DNA of 64,000 bases, from contig CALXTO010000001.1 in assembly GCA_944391425.1 (NCBI GenBank), positions 11,066-75,065 of the forward strand, written 5' to 3'. Both the position numbers and the translations under genes were made by a program. Positions 56,403 to 64,000 of this stretch are shown here, one piece after another (position 1 is the stretch's first letter; every line of letters starts with the position of its first letter). The notes beneath the pieces are model-generated. The model saw only the letters and a list, made by a program, of their open reading frames with translations. It made no database searches and had not been told where the DNA came from. Origin of the DNA: an uncultured Alphaproteobacteria bacterium. GTDB lineage: Bacteria > Pseudomonadota > Alphaproteobacteria > RF32 > CAG-239.

Positions 56403-57207
56403 CCTGCTTTTGGCAATTGTCTTAAGCTGTCGTTTTTTTCCGGTAGCTGCTGCCGAAATAAAAACAAACATGGCCAGAATGCAGGCAATGGACAAGATTA
56501 CCGGAAAGGTCAGCGAAATTGACGTTCCAGTCGGCGGCGAAGCTTTTTTCGGAAGCTTTTCAATTGTAGCGCGTACCTGCGTAACCAGGCCTCCGGAGGA
56601 AACTCCCGAAAATTTTGCCTTTATTGATGTGGTGGATAATTATAAAAGTGAGAAGCCCGTCAATATATTCAAAGGCTGGATGATGTCTTCAACCCCTGCC
56701 CTGAATGCCGTGGAACATCCGATTTATGATGTGTGGCTGTTAAAATGTTATGACGGAAAACTTGAAGGAAAAAAACTGCTTTCCCAACAGGAACTGACCG
56801 CGCGCGATGCAATTCCCATGATGCAGACGGAAAATTCTGAGGAAGAGGAAAATAAAAAAGACGTCGCAAATTCCGTTGCCGCAGAAGAAACAGAAGTTTC
56901 CGAACAAGCTCCGGCTGAAGAAAATAAAAGTGCCGTACCGCAGAATATAACCAAAGAATCACAGCAAGACAATGAGCCTGAAGTTGTATCCGTCGTAATA
57001 ACAGATGTTGAAACTGCAGAAACCGATGCGCCTAAACCTTTATTGGAAATTGAAACTCAGCCTTCCGCTGAAACAGGCGATGAAGCTCCTTTGCAAAATC
57101 TTACAGAACAAATTCTTCAGGAAGAAAATGCTGCTGCCGTTAATGAACCCGTGGTCACTTTTGAAGAAGCGGAAGAAAACGGCTTTGGAGATGGGCCCAA
57201 CGAATAG
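56383..57207 (+). CDS. DUF2155 domain protein with acidic low-complexity C-terminal extension
   Basis: Signal peptide, then MQAMDKITGKVSEIDVPVGGEAFFGSFSIVARTCVTRPPEETPENFAFIDV, which matches the DUF2155 pattern I associate with Alphaproteobacteria. The last ~130 aa are E/Q/P/A-rich. Confidence 0.7.
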   Translation: MARKTTSLLLAIVLSCRFFPVAAAEIKTNMARMQAMDKITGKVSEIDVPVGGEAFFGSFSIVARTCVTRPPEETPENFAFIDVVDNYKSEKPVNIFKGWMMSSTPALNAVEHPIYDVWLLKCYDGKLEGKKLLSQQELTARDAIPMMQTENSEEEENKKDVANSVAAEETEVSEQAPAEENKSAVPQNITKESQQDNEPEVVSVVITDVETAETDAPKPLLEIETQPSAETGDEAPLQNLTEQILQEENAAAVNEPVVTFEEAEENGFGDGPNE

Positions 57208-57272
57208 GTGCGAATCCGCACGGGCCAAGCAAGCGTCTGGAGGCGATACTGGCAGCACTCAAAATCGTGCTG

Positions 57273-58910
57273 CTAGAATAATCTTAGAATCGATTGGGCG
57301 GCTTGGGAGGCTAAAGATAAGGAATTGGTTGCCAGCTGCTGTCTGGTTTGTAAAGCCAGCATATTGGCGCTTTCTTCATTCATGTCTGCCAGGGTCAGCT
57401 TATCCGCGCCTTCTTCCAGCACGTTGATTAAATTCTCGGTAAAGTCCTGACGATTAAGCACAATGTTATAATAACCGCCCAACTCTGATGACATACTGCG
57501 GATTTGGTTCAAGGCCGAGGATATTTCCTTTAGGGATTGGGCGATGTCTTCAATAGTATTCCACTCCGTCGTTGTCAGTCCGAGAGCGGCGGATGAAGCA
57601 TCTTTACCCCTGACATCCAGCCAGGCACTGCGGTTCTCGTTAAAGGTGACTTTCAAATCCTGTTCCTGCAGCAAATTGACGCCTTTATAAGAACTGTCTT
57701 TGATTAAGGAATCATACTGAAACAAAATATTTTGATACTGTTGTTCTTCTGCCGAGGACAAAGAACTTTCTGCTATGGCTTCCTGAATGGCGGTCAGAAA
57801 TTGGCTGCTGTCATAGTTGTCTATACCGGTGACGTCTTCGCGAGATTTAGTGCTGGTGGTGTGGTATGTATATGTTTGTGTTCCGGTATAAGGATCATCG
57901 GGATTGAAATTGCTGGTTGAATCTGTGGAGTTGAAAGTCAAATCTTTAAGATTAACGATCTTAGCGGATTTGCCGTCTTCCGAAACCCAGGTGACAATAC
58001 CGACTGCAGTTTTGCTGTCATCGTAATCATCGGCCGAACCATAGGTTAAATCCGAGTACATCACGTCACCGATTTGCGGCGCTGAAGCTGCATCTGTCGG
58101 ATTGAAATAATTTTCTAAAAATTGGAAACATCGGACGTAGTGGTAGAGGAGGCTCCTAATATTGCCGTTTCGGTCCCCATTATCCATATGGAATAGCCAT
58201 GAACTGGAATTGTGATACTCAGAAGAAGACCAATAATATTCATTCGCTAAAGTTGTGCAATCTACGCCTAAATTTTTTAAGGTTGCAAGGGCGTCATTAA
58301 TGACGTTTTTATTTTCACCACTTGCTCCTGTTGTCCCGCGTCCATCGGTGATATTACCGGCTGTTGTACCATACATTTCCATTAACTCACCAACAGCGGG
58401 CAGATACCATTGTCCCTGACCGAAATTGGCATCATCTTTATCCACGCCCGGCGCATAAAACTGATTAGCTGCCGTCGCTGCCAAGGCGTCGGCACCAATC
58501 TGATCCAGCATCGCCTGTGTGTTAGCGCGGCCGTCAAAAAGGCTGGTGTCGCGGATGGCCGCGCCATCACTGATGCCGCTCGGCTGCCGAATATAAATTC
58601 TTTCCGCGCTTTCCAGCGCCTGGGTGGCAACAGCCGAAGCCTGTTCCAGAAAATCCGCTGCCGTTTCCAGAGATGTGGTCGCCGACTTAATGGTAGAAAC
58701 AGCCTGCCCCATAGAGTCAAGCAAGGCATCCAAGTCGCTGGCGCGATTGCTTAAGCTGCGCGCCGTGTAATAAGAGGAAGGATTATCAATTGCCGAATTG
58801 ACTTTTTTACCGGTGGACAATCTGTTCTGGGTAGAATCAACCTGCCTGCTGATATTCTGCAGGCTCAGCAGATTGCTCCTCATGCTTGCGGTCAGGCTTA
58901 CTTTATCCAT
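57273..58910 (-). CDS. flagellin with a large central insert
   Basis: 545 aa. N-terminal D0/D1 (LLSLQNISRQVDSTQNRLSTGKKVNSAIDNP) and C-terminal D1/D0 (LALQTRQQLATNSLSLASQAAQSILRLF) flagellin helices. About 270 aa lie between them. Confidence 0.9.
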   Translation of the reverse strand: MDKVSLTASMRSNLLSLQNISRQVDSTQNRLSTGKKVNSAIDNPSSYYTARSLSNRASDLDALLDSMGQAVSTIKSATTSLETAADFLEQASAVATQALESAERIYIRQPSGISDGAAIRDTSLFDGRANTQAMLDQIGADALAATAANQFYAPGVDKDDANFGQGQWYLPAVGELMEMYGTTAGNITDGRGTTGASGENKNVINDALATLKNLGVDCTTLANEYYWSSSEYHNSSSWLFHMDNGDRNGNIRSLLYHYVRCFQFLENYFNPTDAASAPQIGDVMYSDLTYGSADDYDDSKTAVGIVTWVSEDGKSAKIVNLKDLTFNSTDSTSNFNPDDPYTGTQTYTYHTTSTKSREDVTGIDNYDSSQFLTAIQEAIAESSLSSAEEQQYQNILFQYDSLIKDSSYKGVNLLQEQDLKVTFNENRSAWLDVRGKDASSAALGLTTTEWNTIEDIAQSLKEISSALNQIRSMSSELGGYYNIVLNRQDFTENLINVLEEGADKLTLADMNEESANMLALQTRQQLATNSLSLASQAAQSILRLF

Positions 58911-58994
58911 GGTTGTCCTCTTTGATTACCTATATCGACAATATATTAATCATCGCCGAACAAGCAACAAACAAGAAAAACTTTTCCACAGAAA

Positions 58995-60428
58995 TCAACG
59001 CCAGAAACTTTTGGTGAAAATAACCAGTATTGTCATAACTTCCAGACGGCCTAACAACATAGCAAAAGATAAAATATATTTGGTAAAATCGCTCAAGGCG
59101 GAATAGTTTCCGCTGGGGCCGATTTCCGGTGTTATACCCGGCCCGCTGTTGGTAATGCAAGAAATAACCGCGCTAAATGAAGTAAGAAAATCTATTCCGC
59201 TCAGAGAAATTAAAATTGTCAATCCCATAATACTTAAAAAGTAAATGACAAAAAAAGTGAAAACAGAATTGGCAACCTGAGAGGAAACGACACTGAAGCC
59301 GATTTTAAGCGGAACCAAGCGATTGGGTTCCGTTGTAGAGATAAAACTTCGTTTAAGCTGAGCAAAAATTACCTGCCAGCGGAAAATTTTAATCGAACCG
59401 GAAGTTGATCCGGTGCAACCTCCGGTTAACGCAAAAATAACAAAAGCCGTTCCGGCAAATGCTCCCCAATTTAAATAATCCGCAGAAACAAATCCTGTCG
59501 ATGTTACAATTGAAGTAACGTTGAATGCTGCCTTGCGTAATGCATCGGGAAAGCCATAAGTTCCGTTATAGACCAACCAGAAAGTCATAAATAAAATGTA
59601 AAATCCAAGTACTTTAAAAAAAGCGCTGACTTGTGACGAACGCAACGAATGCAGGCTGCGCGTTGCCCAGACGCTATGATAGAAAGTTAACGGAATTGCC
59701 CCTAAAATCATAAATAAAGTAATAATCCAGTCAATTGAAGCACTGTTAAAATAACCGACGGAACTGTTTTTGGTTGAAATACCACCGGTTGAAATCGTTG
59801 ACAGTGCGTGGCAAACGGCATCAAACCAGTTCATTCCGGCCAGCTTGAGCGATACTGCACACAAAATCAGCAAAACAACATAAACCCAGATTATGCGTTT
59901 GGCGATATAACTGATTTTAGGAAGAAATTTTTCGTTAACATCGGAATTTTCTTTTTGGAAAATTTGCATGCCGCCAATTCCTAAAAACGGAAGCATGGCA
60001 ATGGCAAAGATAACAATGCCGATACCGCCCAGACCGTTTAACAAAGAACGCCACAACAAAATTGACGCCGGCAAAGCTTCTACATCGGCATATATGCTGG
60101 CGCCGGTGGTGCTGATGCCCGCCGCAGCTTCAAAAAGCGCATCTGCCGGAGAAGTTCCATATAGGATAAACGGCAGAGCTGCCAATAGCGTAACCGAAAA
60201 CCAGCTGATGACGGTCAACAAATAAGCCTGATGCTGCGAAATGTTTTTAATCTTGTTGTTATTCGCTAAAAACAGCGATAATCCGATAAATACCGAAATA
60301 ATTGACGCCGTAATGAAATATGACCAGTTGGTTTGCGTTTGGCTGATGTCAACGGCAGCCGGAAGGAGCATTGATAATCCTAGTACGCTGATAAAGTACC
60401 CGCTGATCATCAGAACCGGCTGCCACAT
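58995..60428 (-). CDS. trkH: TrkH-family potassium uptake protein
   Basis: 477 aa polytopic protein with repeated pore-loop segments (ISTTGAS, TGGIST, TSTGF, TNSGPG) typical of TrkH/KtrB. Confidence 0.9.
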   Translation of the reverse strand: MWQPVLMISGYFISVLGLSMLLPAAVDISQTQTNWSYFITASIISVFIGLSLFLANNNKIKNISQHQAYLLTVISWFSVTLLAALPFILYGTSPADALFEAAAGISTTGASIYADVEALPASILLWRSLLNGLGGIGIVIFAIAMLPFLGIGGMQIFQKENSDVNEKFLPKISYIAKRIIWVYVVLLILCAVSLKLAGMNWFDAVCHALSTISTGGISTKNSSVGYFNSASIDWIITLFMILGAIPLTFYHSVWATRSLHSLRSSQVSAFFKVLGFYILFMTFWLVYNGTYGFPDALRKAAFNVTSIVTSTGFVSADYLNWGAFAGTAFVIFALTGGCTGSTSGSIKIFRWQVIFAQLKRSFISTTEPNRLVPLKIGFSVVSSQVANSVFTFFVIYFLSIMGLTILISLSGIDFLTSFSAVISCITNSGPGITPEIGPSGNYSALSDFTKYILSFAMLLGRLEVMTILVIFTKSFWR

Positions 60429-60446
60429 TGTTCTTTCCTTTCCGGG

Positions 60447-61262
60447 TTATTCCGTATCCAAAGCGACGTTTTTAGAATAGCCGTTGTCAACCAAAGCATG
60501 GTTCAGGCTGATTTCTCCGGCTTTACAGATTCCGGTCGGGACAGACTGGTAAGTATAAGCCGGAATTTCACAATCCACTGTTTTGCCGGAAACGGTTTGT
60601 TCCAAAAAGCGCTTAGCTTCAACGCCGCGAGGAGAAAGCGGGTCGGCATATATTCCGAACAAAAAGAGCCCCTTCCCGTCTACGATTAACTCATTGGCGT
60701 TAACAATAATGGCATTTCCGGAAAGTTTTTCAGGTTGTTCCAGATAGACCAACGCCAGCTTTTTCTTTGCCGTCGGCTGCGGTTGAGATGAAGCTGCCGA
60801 CACAGATGCCGGTGCAGAGGGTTCCGCTGTTTGAGAAACGGTTTTCTGTTTTGCCAAAATATCTATAGCGACAGGTTTGGTTTTGGCTTTTTCAAACATT
60901 TTGCGCCGGGTTTCTTTTTGCGGAATATTGACAACCCTGGGTTGTCCTGCCTCCCCTTTTTTCTGGATTTCGGGAAGTTTGATTTCGGGAATTTTTTCCA
61001 TAACATCTTTGGTCTTGCTGCTGACAACGGCAGAAACATCCGATGATGACTGCTTTATTTTACTCCAGTACCAGGTATGGACTTCTGCCGGTTTTACACC
61101 GAAAAACGTCGGTGCCAGAAACGCAATGGCAACAAGGCTCAAAAACCATAGCGGTTTGCGCAATGGAAACAGAATGAACATTACCGTGCGATGCATCAAT
61201 CTGGCCCAGCCGCGGCTGGGGCCGAGATAATCGTCATCTTTTTTTCTTCTTCTGGCAAACAT
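60447..61262 (-). CDS. membrane-anchored protein with C-terminal SNase/thermonuclease-like domain (possibly degenerate)
   Basis: 271 aa. N-terminal TM and a P/S/A-rich linker. The C-terminus (VDGKGLFLFGIYADP...AKRFLEQTVSGKTVDCE...LNHALVDNGYSK) follows the SNase-like pattern but lacks the usual GDT/APE residues. TAATG overlap with metG. Confidence 0.45.
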   Translation of the reverse strand: MFARRRKKDDDYLGPSRGWARLMHRTVMFILFPLRKPLWFLSLVAIAFLAPTFFGVKPAEVHTWYWSKIKQSSSDVSAVVSSKTKDVMEKIPEIKLPEIQKKGEAGQPRVVNIPQKETRRKMFEKAKTKPVAIDILAKQKTVSQTAEPSAPASVSAASSQPQPTAKKKLALVYLEQPEKLSGNAIIVNANELIVDGKGLFLFGIYADPLSPRGVEAKRFLEQTVSGKTVDCEIPAYTYQSVPTGICKAGEISLNHALVDNGYSKNVALDTE

Positions 61263-62959
61263 TATTTTGAACTTCCGTATTTTTGTTTTAACTCTTCAAC
61301 TTTTTCCGGCGTAATCCGTTCGAAAAGCGCCTCGCCTACCGTAAAAGGATGCCCGGCCTCAAGAGCGGACAGTTCTTGACTGATGTTGAAATTCTTTATA
61401 TTTGGGATATCCGCCATTGTCAGTCCCAGTCTGGAAAGCATGCTTTCGCTGGTTTGCGGCATAACCGGCGCGCTCAGGATTGCAAAGATGCGGATTAGAT
61501 TGATGCAGGTACGCAGAATGGCAGCGGCTCTCGCTTCATCTGTTTTTATAACACTCCAAGGTTCGGCAAGGGTAATATAATTATTTCCTTCCACCCAGAT
61601 GCCGCGCAACTCGTTCATTGCCTTGCGAAATTCCATTTCATTCATGTATTTGAAATAGTCGTTTACCCTGGTTTGCAGATTTTCAGCCAGGCTTTTTTCC
61701 AAATCTCCATCCATGCCGCCGGCTGGTACTTTTTCGCCGAGCTTGGAGGCCGTCATTTTCAGGACTCGAGATACGAAATTGCCCAAAACGCCGTTAAGAT
61801 CTTTGTTGACAACAGCGGCAAACAGATCAAAACTAAACGATGCATCGGAACTTTCGGGTGCGTTGGACATCAGCCAGTAACGCCAATAGTCAGCGGGAAA
61901 TTCCTTAACCGCATCTTCGGCAAAAACGCCCCGTTTTTCAGACTTGGAAAATTTTCCGCCTTCATAAGTCAGGTAACTCATGCCTTTAAGATAGTCGACC
62001 TGCGTCCAATTTTCACCGGTACCAAGCAAAGTGGCCGGAAAAGTAATTGAATGGTACGGGACATTGTCTTTACCCATGAATTCAACATGACGGACATCTC
62101 CGGCACTCAGCCACCAATCTTTCCAACTGCGTTCTTCCGGTTTTTCGTCTGCCCATTGTTTGGTAATGCCGATGTAACCGATCGGCGCGTCAAACCAAAC
62201 GTAAAAGACCTTGTCTTCATAACCGGGCTTGTTGACCGGGAAGCCCCATTTGAGATCGCGGGTAATACAGCGCGGCTGCAGTCCCTCTTTGAGCCATTTT
62301 TGGGCAATGGTATAAGCAACGTCCGGCCAGAAAGGCTCTTTGGTTTTGATCCATTCGCCGAGGCGTTTTTCCAATTTGGGCAAATTTAAGAACAAATGTT
62401 TGGTTTCGCGAACTTCAAGATTGGAGGAACCGGAAACGGAACTGCGCGGACTGATCAAATCCGTCGGTTCCAGAACTTTGGTGCAGTTTTCGCACTGATC
62501 ACCGCGAGCCTTTTCATAGCCGCAGTAAGGGCATGTGCCGGTAATGTAGCGGTCCGCCAGAAACATTCCGTCATCGACAGAATAGACCTGTTTAACCGTC
62601 CGTTCTTCAATAAAGCCGTTTTTATCCAGTTGTTCGAAAATATGGTAGGTAATTTCCTTGTTTTGCGGACTGGAGGTTCGCCCAAAATAGTCAAAAGAAA
62701 GGTTAAAATCTCTGTATGTTCGGGCATGGCGGGCATGATACATATCGCAGTAAGCCTGGACATCCATACCTTCTTTTAAGGCGCCGACTTCCGAAGTCGT
62801 GCCATGTTCGTCGGTTCCGGCAACATATAAAACCTCATTACCCAGCATTCGCATGTAACGGGCGTAAATATCCGAAGGCAGAAGACAGCCGACCATATGA
62901 CCCAAATGCGGCAAACCGTTGATATACGGCAATGCTGAAGTAATCAAGATTTTAGACAT
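61262..62959 (-). CDS. metG: methionine--tRNA ligase
   Basis: 565 aa. ITSALPYINGLPHLGH (HIGH), KFSKS (KMSKS) and a Zn knuckle CPYCG...CENC. Confidence 0.97.
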   Translation of the reverse strand: MSKILITSALPYINGLPHLGHMVGCLLPSDIYARYMRMLGNEVLYVAGTDEHGTTSEVGALKEGMDVQAYCDMYHARHARTYRDFNLSFDYFGRTSSPQNKEITYHIFEQLDKNGFIEERTVKQVYSVDDGMFLADRYITGTCPYCGYEKARGDQCENCTKVLEPTDLISPRSSVSGSSNLEVRETKHLFLNLPKLEKRLGEWIKTKEPFWPDVAYTIAQKWLKEGLQPRCITRDLKWGFPVNKPGYEDKVFYVWFDAPIGYIGITKQWADEKPEERSWKDWWLSAGDVRHVEFMGKDNVPYHSITFPATLLGTGENWTQVDYLKGMSYLTYEGGKFSKSEKRGVFAEDAVKEFPADYWRYWLMSNAPESSDASFSFDLFAAVVNKDLNGVLGNFVSRVLKMTASKLGEKVPAGGMDGDLEKSLAENLQTRVNDYFKYMNEMEFRKAMNELRGIWVEGNNYITLAEPWSVIKTDEARAAAILRTCINLIRIFAILSAPVMPQTSESMLSRLGLTMADIPNIKNFNISQELSALEAGHPFTVGEALFERITPEKVEELKQKYGSSK

Positions 62960-63067
62960 ATTTATTATTCTCCGTTATTTTTGCTATTAACCTGTCGAGT
63001 TTACAACAATTTTACAATTTCTCAAGCAAAAAAACGAGAACAACCCCTTAAAAACAGGCTTTAAAGT

Positions 63068-64000
63068 TTACCTTATGGCCCGGCCGATAATCTGCGCGGC
63101 ATCCTGAGGCGTCAGCGCTACGGGATCCAGCTCATACAAAGCGCCCATTGCTTCAAAAGAATTGGCGGCAAGCTTTTCGGCCTCTTCCGGACGTATTCCC
63201 CAGTCAGACAATTTCAAATCGGACAATCCGACAGCAGAAATCAGTTTTTTCAGAGCCTCAATAAAGCTTTCCGGCGTTTCTCCTGGCATGCCCATGGCAT
63301 GAGCCATTTCAATATATCTGACACGTACCTTATCTGGATTTTTTTCCAGCAGGTAACTGAAATACGGAACGGACAACGCAACCAAACCGGCTCCGTGCGG
63401 CAAATCAGGATAAAAAGCCGATAACGCGTGTTCCATCGAATGTTCCGAAATGCAGCTAGACGTGCTTTCCACCATGCCGGCCGCCGTTGAGGCCCAGGCC
63501 ATTTGTTCCCTGGCTTGCAGATTTTCACCGTCAACAACGGCAATCGGCAAAAACTCCGCAATCAGACGAATGGCTTCTTTGGCAAGCATATCGCTGAACG
63601 GCTGTGCCACACAAGCTAAATATCCTTCAACGGCATGAAAAAAAGCGTCCATTCCCTGATAAGCCGTCAATTTTTGCGGAACAGACACCATCAGCAGCGG
63701 ATCGACGATTGCCACTGACGGAAACAATTCCGGAATACCGTAACCGATTTTCTCGTTAGTATCAAGATTGCTTATCACCGTCCAAGGATCAGCTTCCGTT
63801 CCCGTTCCTGCCGTTGTCGGAATGGCAACAACGGGCAGTATCTTTTGCGTTATTTTCTTAAGACCTTTGACATAATCCCAATAAGTTCCCGGATTTTTTA
63901 CCATTAAAGCGATGGCTTTGGCCGAATCTATTGCACTGCCGCCGCCAAGGCCGATAATAAAGTCGCAATTTCCGTTGCGTGCCTGTTCGACAGCTTCCAT
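63068..64000 (-). CDS. iron-containing alcohol dehydrogenase (partial, N-terminus beyond window end)
   Basis: GLGGGSAIDSAKAI, PTTAGTGTEADP and metal-binding His motifs. The ORF runs off the right edge. Confidence 0.85.
   Translation of the reverse strand: MEAVEQARNGNCDFIIGLGGGSAIDSAKAIALMVKNPGTYWDYVKGLKKITQKILPVVAIPTTAGTGTEADPWTVISNLDTNEKIGYGIPELFPSVAIVDPLLMVSVPQKLTAYQGMDAFFHAVEGYLACVAQPFSDMLAKEAIRLIAEFLPIAVVDGENLQAREQMAWASTAAGMVESTSSCISEHSMEHALSAFYPDLPHGAGLVALSVPYFSYLLEKNPDKVRVRYIEMAHAMGMPGETPESFIEALKKLISAVGLSDLKLSDWGIRPEEAEKLAANSFEAMGALYELDPVALTPQDAAQIIGRAIR

Noticed and set aside
58911-58994. Sigma-28 or sigma-54 promoter upstream of the flagellin gene
   Set aside because: GGCGATGA and TTGC-like fragments are present, but spacing to any TAAA or GG element does not fit either consensus. 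No promoter was called.
1-64000. CRISPR arrays, rRNA genes, transposases, integrases, prophage genes
   Set aside because: No regularly spaced short repeats, no rRNA-like sequence, and no ORF with recombinase, transposase or phage structural signatures was seen on either strand.

Overview
This is a 64 kb chromosomal window from a Gram-negative bacterium. It is probably an anaerobic, host-associated alphaproteobacterium, judged from a DUF2155 protein, Omp25-like porin, tandem MlaD, alpha-type flagellin, an Rnf complex and HydG. About 70 genes are supported. Housekeeping and metabolic genes include hup, panD, galE, cobB, queH, rpsD, metG, trkH, fucO-like ADH, dsbD and yejEF. There is a complete apbE-rseC-rnfBCDGEA operon, an orphan hydG with a TM1266-like regulator, and an ABC-2/GldG/DUF4340 operon ending in a PAS histidine kinase.

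Three things stand out.

(1) Both tRNA genes in the window, tRNA-Val(TAC) and tRNA-Lys(CTT), are followed by a homologous noncoding element of about 236 bp. Each copy is bounded by a direct repeat of the last 16-17 nt of its own tRNA. The two copies share collinear sequence blocks, exactly conserved spacing and compensatory base-pair changes in two helices. The element is present as 1.7 tandem copies at tRNA-Val. It looks like an undescribed tRNA-targeting miniature element and/or a structured RNA.

(2) A visibly AT-rich glycan island of about 13 kb lies next to tRNA-Lys. It encodes FdtA-like isomerases, a DegT aminotransferase, an ACP/AMP-ligase/SDR/LuxE/LuxC/GNAT acyl cassette, and a protein carrying eukaryote-type GT29 sialyl motifs L, S and VS.

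(3) The flagellin variable region carries a DUF1566-like domain.

No CRISPR array, rRNA gene, integrase or transposase was seen.
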